Source: Fibrobacterota bacterium (GTDB taxonomy: Bacteria > Fibrobacterota > Chitinivibrionia > Chitinivibrionales > Chitinispirillaceae). Taken from it: DNA of 32,000 nucleotides. The notes below the pieces were generated by a model, which made no database searches, was not told the origin of the DNA, and saw only the letters and a list, made by a program, of their open reading frames with translations. Positions within the stretch are counted from its first letter, which is position 1. Each line of letters opens with the position of its first letter. The translations under genes were made by a program, and so were the position numbers. The DNA is taken from contig JAEZKP010000017.1 in NCBI GenBank assembly GCA_023436145.1, positions 1 to 32,000 on the forward strand, in the 5' to 3' direction. This document shows positions 8,769-17,750 of this stretch, piece by piece.

Positions 8769-9527
8769 TTATCTGCTGACGAATTGCCGTACAGAAGCAG
8801 CTATTTCTTTCATCCGGTCCAAACCGTTTTCTTTGCGCAGAACATTACCGGTAACAATAATATCAGCCCCGGCACTTAACTTTTCCAATGCAGTGGCACT
8901 ATCACATATTCCTCCGCCAACAATAATCGGTATCTCGACAGATGCACGGACCATTTTAATCATAGCAGCAGGAACCGAATGCAACGCACCGCTTCCGGCT
9001 TCCAGATACACCAGACTCATCCCCATATACTGGGCTGCCAGTGCATGGGCAGCGGCTATTTCCGGTTTATTACGTGGCAAGGGACGGGTATTACTCATAA
9101 ACTCAACTGAACTGACTGCCCCCGACTCTACAAGCATATATGCAGTAGATATGGGTTCCAAATCAAAGTTTTTTATCACTGGAGCAGCTTTCACATGCTC
9201 TCCAATCAGATTGGTAGGATTACGACCGGAAATAAGCGAAAGGTATAACAATGCATCAGCATGTCTGGAAAGCTGAGTGGCATCGCCAGGAAAAAGAAGT
9301 ACCGGAATAGAGGCATTTTCTTTTAAGGTACAAACAAACTGATCGAAATGGTTGGAGTGCAACAGACTGCCTCCCACAAGCAGGGCATCTGCACCACAAG
9401 CCTGGGATTCAGCAGCCACTCGGGCTGCTTCTTTAAGAGAGAAATCATCGGGATCAAGCAACACCCAGTGACATTTTCGTCCACTGCTCAATCTGGCCAG
9501 TAAAGCCTCTTTGACCTGTTTTTTCAT
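8769..9527 (-). CDS. Geranylgeranylglyceryl/heptaprenylglyceryl phosphate synthase family protein (GGGPS/PcrB, group-II-like)
   Basis: A 252-aa TIM-barrel pattern is present: LLDPD, GADALLVGGS, IPVLLFPG, ADALLYLSLISGRNP, VYLEAGSGA, IIVGGGI and GADIIVTGN. The ATG overlaps the alaS TGA in an ATGA junction at 9524-9527. Confidence 0.85.
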   Translation of the reverse strand: MKKQVKEALLARLSSGRKCHWVLLDPDDFSLKEAARVAAESQACGADALLVGGSLLHSNHFDQFVCTLKENASIPVLLFPGDATQLSRHADALLYLSLISGRNPTNLIGEHVKAAPVIKNFDLEPISTAYMLVESGAVSSVEFMSNTRPLPRNKPEIAAAHALAAQYMGMSLVYLEAGSGALHSVPAAMIKMVRASVEIPIIVGGGICDSATALEKLSAGADIIVTGNVLRKENGLDRMKEIAASVRQFVSR

Positions 9528-12196
9528 GATACATTTGCCTTTGATTCAATAATTTTTGCAGCAGCCTTAAGCGCCTGCTCCAGTTTGGAAGGATCTTTAC
9601 CTCCAGCCTGAGCCCTCACTGCAGATCCCCCGCCACCCCCTCCGGCCAGCTGAGCCGCAGCTTTCACCAGTTCCCCACAGTGTACTCCGTATTTTTTGAC
9701 AGCTTCAGCTCCGGCACTGGCTGCAAACAGAGCTTTACCTTCAACCAACGCGCCTACTACAATAACCATATTTACAAGATTATTATTCTTGATAGTATCT
9801 GAAACAGCATCTGTGATTCTGGCAAAAGAATCCTTATCCATATCACCAAGACTGCTGGTGATCCAGGGGAATGCCCCGGCATTTTTGCCTGCCTTTTCAA
9901 AAAGTTGATCAATGACTCCGGAAACTCTGACTAAGGATAACTCTGCCACCCTGTCTTCCAGTTTTTTCACCGTATCAAGGAGGTTCTCGACTCTGTTATG
10001 AAGCTTATCTTCCCCGGATTTGAGCAGATTTGACAAACCGGACAATTTTTCCTCTTTATCATACAGACAATTGATAACTGAAAAACCGGTAACTGCACTT
10101 ATTCTTCGTACACCGGCACTGATACTAGTCTCTTCTGTGACATGTAATAAACCGATCTGACCGGTTGATGTCACATGGGTTCCCCCACAGAGTTCCTTAC
10201 TCAGATCACCCATACTTACCACTCTTACCTTATCGGCGTATTTTTCTCCAAAAAGAGCGGTTGCCCCTTCCTCTTTAGCTTCTTTGAGATCCTTGATATC
10301 GGTAGTCACCGTCACATCCCTAAGAATCCACTCATTAACCAGCCGCTCCACAGTCCTGACCTCATCTACAGTCAGTGCTTTAAAATGGGTAAAGTCAAAA
10401 CGCAGTCCACAAGGATCAACCTTAGAGCCGGACTGCTGAACATGAGTACCCAGAACTTTTCTGAGGGCAGCCTGAACAAGATGGGTTGCCGAATGATTCC
10501 GCCGGGTGGCTTGACGAAGCGCTGTATCGATGGAGGCATTAAGCGGTTTCAGAAAGTCATCCTTTGTCAAAGGCTGAGCACAGCTCGCTTTATGAATGAT
10601 AAGGTCGTTCCATTTAAAGGTATCCTTTACCGTGATCTGCTTTCCAGATGCAGTCATCATGATACCGGTATCACCCACCTGACCGCCGGATTCCGCGTAA
10701 AAGGGTGTCCTGTCCAGAATGAGAAGATAAAAAATCTGCCCATCTGCAGTTTCTATTGACTTATATCTACAGACATTAACCGCGATCTGCTCCTGAAGAT
10801 ATCCCACGAATTCAGTTCCGGATATACTTTTAAGCTCAATCCAGCCCTCCGGAGTCAAACCTTCATCTGCTTTACGGGCCTCACGGGCACGCTCCTTCTG
10901 CTGCTCCATAAGCTGAGCATAACCCTCCTCGTCTATGGAGAGATTCTGCTCTGCTGCCATTAGACGGGTAAGATCCATCGGAAAGCCATAAGTATCGTAT
11001 AAAGAAAAAACATCAGCACCGCAGAGAATTGTAGTATTCTTCTGCTTGCTGTTTTGTACCATCTGATTAAATTTATCGATTCCCTGCTCCAGAGTCGCCC
11101 CAAACCGCTCCTCCTCAGACCGTATTACTTCCTGAACAAAAGCGGCTCGCTGAACAATCTCCGGAAATGCTTCACCCATCTCCCTTACCAGCACAGGTAC
11201 CAGATCAAAAAGAAAGGGATCCTTAAATCCCAGCTCTCTACCAAATCTGGCAGCTCTTCTAAGCAACCTGCGAAGCACATACCCTCTTCCCTCATTAGAT
11301 GGAAAAGCACCATCAGTGATCGCAAAAACCAGTGCACGTATATGATCTGCTATAACCCGGTGAGCTGTTCCCTGCGGGCCTTTCTGGTAGCTTCGGCCAC
11401 TTATTTTTTCGATTTCGGAGATTACAGGTTGGAAAAGATCCGTGTCGTAATTGGATGAGACACCTTGAATAACCGATACTATACGTTCAAAACCCATTCC
11501 AGTGTCAACATGCTTATTTGGAAGAGGGGAAAGTGTACCATCCTTTTCCCGGTTATACTGAATAAACACCAGATTCCATAATTCACGATATCTGTCATTC
11601 TGGCCATTTACTCCTTTAACCGGATCTGAAAAGGTTTCCTTCTGGGTTGAAAGATCTCCTATGTCGTAATGAATCTCAGAACAGGGACCACATGGACCAG
11701 TGTCCCCCATTTCCCAGAAATTGCTTTTATCCCCAAATTTCATTATCCGCTCATGGGCAATGTCAGTTTCAGTTTTCCACAAAGCTTCAGCTTCATCATC
11801 TGAGTGATGAATAGTTACAAAGAGCCGCTCCTTGGGGAGTTTCCAGACCTCGGTGAAAAGCTCCCATGCCCAATGGATAGCCTCTTTTTTATAATAATCT
11901 CCAAAAGACCAGTTCCCAAGCATCTCAAAAAAAGTATGATGATAGTGATCACGCCCCACTTCTTCCAGATCATTATGCTTACCGGAAACCCGCATGCATT
12001 TCTGAGAGTTGGCTGCACGCCTCAAATTTCTGGGATTATCGCCCAGGAAAATGGACTTGAACTGATTCATCCCTGCATTTGTAAAAAGAAGCGTAGGATC
12101 ATCCTGTGGAACCACCGGCGCACTGGGCACAAATAAGTGCTTACGCGCCGTAAAAAATTCGATAAAATCATTGCGAATAGTTTTTGAAGATTTCAT
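9524..12196 (-). CDS. alaS: Alanine--tRNA ligase
   Basis: The 890-aa product carries class II AlaRS blocks (FTNAGMNQFK, HHTFFEMLGNWSFGDYYK) and the editing-domain HSATHLV...CGGTHV zinc motif. It ends in a C-terminal DHHA1-type domain with a GGGGG stretch. Confidence 0.98.
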   Translation of the reverse strand: MKSSKTIRNDFIEFFTARKHLFVPSAPVVPQDDPTLLFTNAGMNQFKSIFLGDNPRNLRRAANSQKCMRVSGKHNDLEEVGRDHYHHTFFEMLGNWSFGDYYKKEAIHWAWELFTEVWKLPKERLFVTIHHSDDEAEALWKTETDIAHERIMKFGDKSNFWEMGDTGPCGPCSEIHYDIGDLSTQKETFSDPVKGVNGQNDRYRELWNLVFIQYNREKDGTLSPLPNKHVDTGMGFERIVSVIQGVSSNYDTDLFQPVISEIEKISGRSYQKGPQGTAHRVIADHIRALVFAITDGAFPSNEGRGYVLRRLLRRAARFGRELGFKDPFLFDLVPVLVREMGEAFPEIVQRAAFVQEVIRSEEERFGATLEQGIDKFNQMVQNSKQKNTTILCGADVFSLYDTYGFPMDLTRLMAAEQNLSIDEEGYAQLMEQQKERAREARKADEGLTPEGWIELKSISGTEFVGYLQEQIAVNVCRYKSIETADGQIFYLLILDRTPFYAESGGQVGDTGIMMTASGKQITVKDTFKWNDLIIHKASCAQPLTKDDFLKPLNASIDTALRQATRRNHSATHLVQAALRKVLGTHVQQSGSKVDPCGLRFDFTHFKALTVDEVRTVERLVNEWILRDVTVTTDIKDLKEAKEEGATALFGEKYADKVRVVSMGDLSKELCGGTHVTSTGQIGLLHVTEETSISAGVRRISAVTGFSVINCLYDKEEKLSGLSNLLKSGEDKLHNRVENLLDTVKKLEDRVAELSLVRVSGVIDQLFEKAGKNAGAFPWITSSLGDMDKDSFARITDAVSDTIKNNNLVNMVIVVGALVEGKALFAASAGAEAVKKYGVHCGELVKAAAQLAGGGGGGSAVRAQAGGKDPSKLEQALKAAAKIIESKANVS

Positions 12197-12279
12197 AAAA
12201 ATTCAGAGATTTATTTTCCGTTGTTAAAAAAATACTTTACAGGTAAATTTCCCGGATATTTTACCGGAATCAGTATCTA

Positions 12280-13353
12280 TTACTCAATGAGTTCAGCAGG
12301 TATCTCTTCAGGACTGTTCTCTGACTGAATGTTTCTTTTAAAAGCACCCTTTTCACGCACCGCTTGCTCAATCGTCTGAAGAGTCTCCCGATTCTCAATT
12401 AAAAATTCACGAGCCCTCTCCCGACCCTGCCCGATTCTTTCACCCTTGTAGGAGAACCATGCTCCACTTTTCTCTACAATTCCCATCTCTGCAGCCAAAT
12501 CAAGTACATCGCCTTCCAAAGAGATCCCTTTTCCGTAAAGGATATCAAACTCAGCTTCTCTAAAAGGCGGTGCTACTTTATTTTTTACCACTTTAGCTCT
12601 GGTCCGGTTCCCCACCACATTTTCCCCATCCTTAATGGCTGCGATCCGACGGATATCTATTCTTACCGATGAATAAAATTTCAGCGCATTTCCCCCGGTT
12701 GTGGTTTCAGGATTCCCAAACATAACTCCAATCTTCATACGCAGCTGATTAATAAATATCAGACAGGTTTTCGATTTTGAAATAATACCGGTGAGCTTGC
12801 GCAAAGCCTGAGACATCAGCCTGGCCTGCAATCCCACATGGTTATCCCCCATGTCTCCTTCAATCTCTGCAGCAGGTACCAGCGCAGCAACACTGTCCAC
12901 CACAATTATATCCACTGCCCCGCTACGCACAAGTGTATCTGCAATCTCCAGTGCCTGCTCTCCCGTATCGGGTTGAGAAACCAGCAGGTTATCAATATCC
13001 ACCCCCAGACTTTTGGCATAAGCTGCATCAAATGCATACTCAGCATCGATCAATACTGCTATTCCACCCTTTTTCTGAGCATTAGCAATAGCATGAAGTG
13101 CCAGGGTAGTTTTTCCGGATGATTCCGGACCATATATTTCCACTATCCTCCCCTTGGGAAATCCACCAACCCCCAGAGCAAGATCAAGAGAGAGCGCTCC
13201 GGAGGAGATCACAGGCGTATCGAGCTGAAGACTTGCGGTACCCAAACGCATAATTGAGCCTTTACCATGCGCTTTTTCAATCTGACTGACCGCCTGGTCC
13301 AATGCACTGTTTCTATTTTTTGACTCTTCGTCAACACTGTTTTTCTTAGCCAC
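12280..13353 (-). CDS. recA: Recombinase RecA
   Basis: Walker A is [12 protein letters not shown]. Further blocks are [22 protein letters not shown] and [28 protein letters not shown]. The start is GTG at 13353, preceded by GGAGAGGAG at 6 nt. Confidence 0.98.
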   Translation of the reverse strand: MAKKNSVDEESKNRNSALDQAVSQIEKAHGKGSIMRLGTASLQLDTPVISSGALSLDLALGVGGFPKGRIVEIYGPESSGKTTLALHAIANAQKKGGIAVLIDAEYAFDAAYAKSLGVDIDNLLVSQPDTGEQALEIADTLVRSGAVDIIVVDSVAALVPAAEIEGDMGDNHVGLQARLMSQALRKLTGIISKSKTCLIFINQLRMKIGVMFGNPETTTGGNALKFYSSVRIDIRRIAAIKDGENVVGNRTRAKVVKNKVAPPFREAEFDILYGKGISLEGDVLDLAAEMGIVEKSGAWFSYKGERIGQGRERAREFLIENRETLQTIEQAVREKGAFKRNIQSENSPEEIPAELIE

Positions 13354-13581
13354 GAAGAACTCCTCTCCAAATTCTAATTTTTCCGGATGTTGTTCTTATG
13401 ATTTGACGGGATGAGTTCTAAAGATACGATTTGGCGACTATTATGGAAAGTAGAATACCTTCGTATCATCATGGAAATACATAGCTTCAGAAAAGCCATT
13501 CCTAACTTATCTGCAATATATTCAAAGTCTTACCGTAATTCACGGTCGATGGCAAACCAGCAGCTTTCGGGAGTACTGTCT

Positions 13582-14259
13582 ATGAACTCTTTTTTGTCTA
13601 TACTTCTTTGCACCGGATTATTCCTGCTATCACCGTTTTCCACAATTGCCACTGAACTCAATCAACTAAACCGCCAACAGCTCATCGAGACCTTTTCTCT
13701 GAAAGTCCCATACGGGAAAAACCTTCCCGAAGGATGGCATCCCAGCAGAAAAGACATCTCCATGTTTTCCATTCAGAAAGAGATGGACAAGGAATTTCTC
13801 AGGATTCAAACTGGAGGTGGCTGCACCAGCATAGGCAAACAGCACAACTTCTCGGTAGAGCATTACCCGTTTCTTTCCTGGAAATGGCGCGTTCATAAAC
13901 TTCCTTCCGGAGGAGATGAAACAAGGAGAGATAAAAATGACAGCGGTGCAGGTATCTACGTCATCTTCAAAGGCAAATTCAAACTCAATAACATAATTAA
14001 ATATGTATGGAGCAGCACTCTGCCTGCAGGTACCATTACAAACAGCCCCTATAACAGCAGAACACGCATCGTAGTCTTAAGAAGCGGTGCAGAAAAAAAA
14101 GGCCAATGGGTTACTCAAAAAGTAAATATCAGAGATGATTATCTGCGGCTGTTTGGCAAAAATCCTCCGGAGGTAGAGGTTATCGGCCTTCTCAGTGATG
14201 CAGACAACACCGGTTCAGAAGCTATGGCTGATTATGATGATATCCAGATATCAAATTAA
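13582..14259 (+). CDS. Secreted DUF3047-domain protein
   Basis: The pattern L.WKWRV...(G)DE..R.KNDSGAGIYVIF...KYVWSS...W......I..DY..LFG..PPEV.VIGLLSDADNTG..A.ADYDDI matches the DUF3047 consensus. The ATG at 13582 gives a signal peptide (MNSFLSILLCTGLFLLSPFSTIA). The upstream in-frame ATGs at 13411, 13471 and 13549 would add a non-secretory leader. Confidence 0.7.
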   Translation: MNSFLSILLCTGLFLLSPFSTIATELNQLNRQQLIETFSLKVPYGKNLPEGWHPSRKDISMFSIQKEMDKEFLRIQTGGGCTSIGKQHNFSVEHYPFLSWKWRVHKLPSGGDETRRDKNDSGAGIYVIFKGKFKLNNIIKYVWSSTLPAGTITNSPYNSRTRIVVLRSGAEKKGQWVTQKVNIRDDYLRLFGKNPPEVEVIGLLSDADNTGSEAMADYDDIQISN

Positions 14260-14503
14260 TTAAACAATCTGCCGCCTTATCAGTGATTTCCCGGGAAAAA
14301 TGTGTCCTTCCCCGGTATCGACCCGTATACCCAAAAACGCCTCTATGGCCCACTCTGTCTTCAGCTATTATCAGCTGTATTTCACTCATGATATCCATGC
14401 TTAATGTTTACCGGAGTATGTTAAATTTTTAATGTAAAATAAAAGCAGGGATATTATTTTACTGATCTCTTTATCATAAATCCACTCAAAAAGTGAGTAA
14501 CTC

Positions 14504-15391
14504 ATGAGAATTATAACAGTCCATTTCCTGCTTTTTCTATATTTCGGTGCACAGATAATAAATGCCGGAGATGACAGTTTAAGTGTTTACAGTGAAGACA
14601 CTATTTCGGATCTGTCGGTTCCATCCGTAAAATCTATCGATACCGGTTCAGCTGTCTCCACCTCCACATTTAAACCGGCTTATAAAGAGACACAGCAAGA
14701 TCATATACAACAGCAAAAGTTAAAACCGATAACTCCTGATACAAACGGTACAGGTGCTCTCGAAATAAAAGTTTTCCCCAAAAAGACTGAAGTATTCATA
14801 AACACTGAAAAGATAGGATTTGGAAATCAGTACCTGAAAGACCTCAGATCCGGTCTTTACAAAATTTCCTTGAGCTACGATAAGATCCACACTGACGAAT
14901 ACATTTTAGTGCATTCTGGTGAGGTCGTACATAAAGATTTTGCACTTGGCAGAAAGTTGCGATTTCTTATTGAACCCTCTTTTTCAAGCATTTGGGTAAA
15001 AAACTACCAGTCTAAGGGCCCATCACTGGACTTAGGTTTGCAATATGAGAATAATTATTATGGGATAAATTATTTCTGGGATGTAATTGATTACAGCGTT
15101 CTAACCTTAGGTGGTTCGTTTGTCTATTATCATGAATTCAATTATGAAGAAATTATATCGATATGTCCTGGGGCCTTTACCGGATTCTGGTATTCTTATG
15201 GTGAAGACGAGGGTGATTATTACGACTACTCATATCATTCGTACGACTCGTATGAGGAACTTTTCTTTGGAGGATTCATGGCCAAAGCAAAACTCGGGTT
15301 CAGAAGGGTTTTCGCAACCTTCACCTATATTTTCCTATTTGGCACAGGAACAGGCCATGGTCTGCAATTCGGATTACAATTCATGATATAG
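14504..15391 (+). CDS. Secreted PEGA-domain protein with a Tyr/acidic-rich C-terminal predicted beta region
   Basis: It has a signal peptide and a PEGA-like segment (GALEIKVFPKKTEVFINTEKIGFGNQYLKDLRSGLYKISLSYD). The C-terminal part has alternating aromatic strands, a DEGDYYDYSYHSYDSYEE stretch, and a terminal GLQFGLQFMI. Confidence 0.55.
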   Translation: MRIITVHFLLFLYFGAQIINAGDDSLSVYSEDTISDLSVPSVKSIDTGSAVSTSTFKPAYKETQQDHIQQQKLKPITPDTNGTGALEIKVFPKKTEVFINTEKIGFGNQYLKDLRSGLYKISLSYDKIHTDEYILVHSGEVVHKDFALGRKLRFLIEPSFSSIWVKNYQSKGPSLDLGLQYENNYYGINYFWDVIDYSVLTLGGSFVYYHEFNYEEIISICPGAFTGFWYSYGEDEGDYYDYSYHSYDSYEELFFGGFMAKAKLGFRRVFATFTYIFLFGTGTGHGLQFGLQFMI

Positions 15392-16130
15392 AGATATTCC
15401 TCTCATGCTTTTTTTTCCGATCTGAGTTCACCTTCTTATCGGTTAACTTGAACGAATCAAACATAGTGTCCACATTTTTATCCGCCGTATATGGAGCTTT
15501 TGATACAACTTTTATCTGGTAAAGCCTGTTACTCACTAAATAGAGACGGGCTCTGATATACTCCTTTTCCGGGCCAGCGATTTTCAATTCACGGCCAGGA
15601 TTTCCCTGTAAATCAATTACAGTCTCCTTCATCAGTTTTCCACGGGTTTCCATGATAGTACCATAGCACGAGCCATCGAGTAGCTTATTGGGTGTCTGCT
15701 CCTCAACCATGAAATGGGGATAGTCCACATATATGACGGAAAAATCATGGTTCTCTGACTTTGCCTTAAAGACAAATATTTCCACTGGCCCGATTTCTGA
15801 CTCCATTTTCTCCCTCTTCTGCTCTACTTTACCTGGCAACAATATGCTAAAGGATTTATCAGGAGAACTGAACACTCGCATTTCTGTGGCAGATCCAGCT
15901 GCGAAGTGCCAGATTACAGTCGAAACAATTAACAAAGTAAAAATCAAAGAAATTACTGCAGTAGTCTTTGTCAGAAATTTTGATTGAATTTTTCTGTCTG
16001 ACCCAAAGCCTTTTTCCCCCTCTTTTTTGTTAAAGTGGCTACTACACACTTCATTGCAGAACACTTTATCTCCAATCTGGTACACAGCATTTTCTGCTAT
16101 CTGGGTTCCGCAGCAGTAACATTTAGGCAT
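15381..16130 (-). CDS. Membrane-anchored protein: N-terminal FCS/TRASH-like zinc ribbon, one TM helix, extracytoplasmic domain of unknown function
   Basis: The cysteine motif is CYCCG-x17-FCNEVC (CxxC...CxxxC). The TM segment is TTAVISLIFTLLIVSTVIWHF. GGAGG SD lies before the ATG at 16130. The 3' end overlaps the convergent PEGA gene by 11 nt. Confidence 0.6.
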   Translation of the reverse strand: MPKCYCCGTQIAENAVYQIGDKVFCNEVCSSHFNKKEGEKGFGSDRKIQSKFLTKTTAVISLIFTLLIVSTVIWHFAAGSATEMRVFSSPDKSFSILLPGKVEQKREKMESEIGPVEIFVFKAKSENHDFSVIYVDYPHFMVEEQTPNKLLDGSCYGTIMETRGKLMKETVIDLQGNPGRELKIAGPEKEYIRARLYLVSNRLYQIKVVSKAPYTADKNVDTMFDSFKLTDKKVNSDRKKKHERNISIS

Positions 16131-16279
16131 AAATCCTCCGGGTCTATACTGTTTTATTGCACTTCTAACTGCCTGAATTGATCATACACCATTAAATTAA
16201 TAAATGTCTGCTGAATATTGTTTACGCCGACATCCCTGATACATATAACTTCAGAGATCAAATAATACCAGAATACAGA

Positions 16280-16313
16280 AAAAAAGCCCTCTTATCATCG
16301 AAGGATAAGAGGA
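16280..16313 (-). terminator. Rho-independent terminator after the 403-aa OM barrel gene
   Basis: CCTCTTATC (16289-16297) pairs with GATAAGAGG (16305-16313) around a 7-nt loop. On the minus strand it is followed by GCTTTTTTT. A shorter T-run also exists on the plus side. Confidence 0.8.
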
Positions 16314-16347
16314 CTTTTTCCTGAAATGTTAAACGGCATTTCTGAGT

Positions 16348-17559
16348 TCAGAACATCAATCCTGCAGTTACCCTGGAGACTTGAGGGCCGGTGACCAGAT
16401 TATCCCACTGTCCAAGATTGATATTAAGATCCAGTGTGAACACCCCTTTACAAATACCAATCCCGACCGTTGGAACCAACTGATTGAAATAGGTCTGGTT
16501 TTTAGTATGTGTTTCAGTCTGCCCGAGTTCCTCCGATGACAATGGGGTTTCCAGATTCAATCTCATACCGCCACGGGCATATACTTTGTCAAAAATCCAC
16601 AAGTTCTCCCAACCATTTTCTATGCATCCGGAAAATGTGTGAACAATACGGCTGGCTCGTATCCGCAGGTCAGCGCCATCATTTTCAGAAGTATTTCCTG
16701 TTAAATTAAGTGTGTATTGTGCGGCCCATAACCCATTGGTAAAAATTTTGCCTTCAATTCCGGCATAGATTGCGATTCTGGAGTTAGAAAATTCATCTGT
16801 GGTATCCGCAGATCTGCTGCCCTGGGTAATAGTATCATCCCAAATGAATGCATATTTTTCCATAATGAGATCAGCACCCAAAGAAACCTTTACCGAGCTC
16901 ACAGGAATAGTAGCTTCTCCACCAAACTCCAGATAGACTCCTTTATCAGATTCTACTTCAGTTGTCCTGCTGTCACTCTCCTGTTTCCCGGAAATCATAG
17001 GCACAGCTAAACCGAATTTAGCTGCAAACTGGAAATTGTCCCCAAAAAGAGCAGAAGCCAGAAAACCGGGATTATGTATAGAAGCATAAGCTTTGGTGTG
17101 CTCCTGAGGGTTCTCCTGTTTGAACCGTGAACGGGCATATTCCAAAAACAGATCAAATCCCAAAGTAAGAATTCCAGCATCGACACCCAGGAGAACATGA
17201 GGAATCCATTGATTGCTGATCGAAATGTTTGGGGCTGCTACAATTGCAGAATCAACAAACGGAACGGCTATAGAGTAAAAATTTGTCGCGAACTGTTGAC
17301 TCAACATCAATCCTCTGTTACCGATCACTCCCAACCGGAAGTTCTCATTAAGCGCTTTAATCCCGATTATAGGACTGGTAAAGGTCACCTGAAGATCGTT
17401 AGGGTAGTTCTTCATGTATGCAGCGTATCTGAGTACATCAGTCATATCATCAACAATGAATGTCCCAGCCAGAGATTCCATACGTGAATTATAAGGATAA
17501 AACTGCGCAGAAACACTGTATCCAAGGAATAGGCAAACCAGACATAACCTTTTCAACAT
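16348..17559 (-). CDS. Outer-membrane beta-barrel protein, uncharacterised (FadL/PorV-like general architecture)
   Basis: The signal peptide is MLKRLCLVCLFLGYSVSAQ. There is a long run of amphipathic beta-strands and a C-terminal ...VTAGLMF. The ATG at 17559 is preceded by GGAGG at 5 nt. The track ORF begins at an upstream TTG (17589). Confidence 0.65.
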   Translation of the reverse strand: MLKRLCLVCLFLGYSVSAQFYPYNSRMESLAGTFIVDDMTDVLRYAAYMKNYPNDLQVTFTSPIIGIKALNENFRLGVIGNRGLMLSQQFATNFYSIAVPFVDSAIVAAPNISISNQWIPHVLLGVDAGILTLGFDLFLEYARSRFKQENPQEHTKAYASIHNPGFLASALFGDNFQFAAKFGLAVPMISGKQESDSRTTEVESDKGVYLEFGGEATIPVSSVKVSLGADLIMEKYAFIWDDTITQGSRSADTTDEFSNSRIAIYAGIEGKIFTNGLWAAQYTLNLTGNTSENDGADLRIRASRIVHTFSGCIENGWENLWIFDKVYARGGMRLNLETPLSSEELGQTETHTKNQTYFNQLVPTVGIGICKGVFTLDLNINLGQWDNLVTGPQVSRVTAGLMF

Positions 17560-17716
17560 AAGACCCTCCAAATGAGAATTTTTTACCAAAGATTTCCAAT
17601 ATACATAAAGGCAAGGAAAAGAGAAATTTTTCCCCTGAACTGATATAAAATGAAGGTTTGTTTCTGATGCAGAATGGGAAAAGAGGGCAGAAATTTAAAA
17701 GCAGTCAGGAAATTAT

Positions 17717-17740
17717 GGCTTCCACCAGAAAGCGGAAGCC
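17717..17740 (-). terminator. Hairpin 10 nt after the stop of the 902-aa surface protein gene
   Basis: GGCTTCC (17717-17723) pairs with GGAAGCC (17734-17740). The clean T-run is on the plus side (GTATATTTTTT). On the minus side only ATAATTTCC follows, so the orientation and function are uncertain. Confidence 0.4.
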
Positions 17741-17750
17741 GTATATTTTT

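Noticed and set aside
10175-10759. 194-aa plus-strand ORF, plus other long ORFs antisense to alaS (11054-11458, 11804-12136)
   Set aside because: They lie inside the unambiguous alaS coding region on the opposite strand. They show no recognisable motifs and are typical shadow frames.
13411-13581. 57-codon N-terminal extension of the DUF3047 ORF
   Set aside because: The start at 13582 yields a classical signal peptide and has a GGGAG element upstream. The extension would bury that signal peptide. The start choice remains somewhat uncertain.
14222-14398. Unlisted 58-aa minus-strand ORF (MDIMSEIQLIIAEDRVGHRG...) in the 244-bp gap after the DUF3047 gene
   Set aside because: No SD precedes either ATG. 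It overlaps the DUF3047 3' end by 38 nt and has no recognisable family. It is most likely non-coding.
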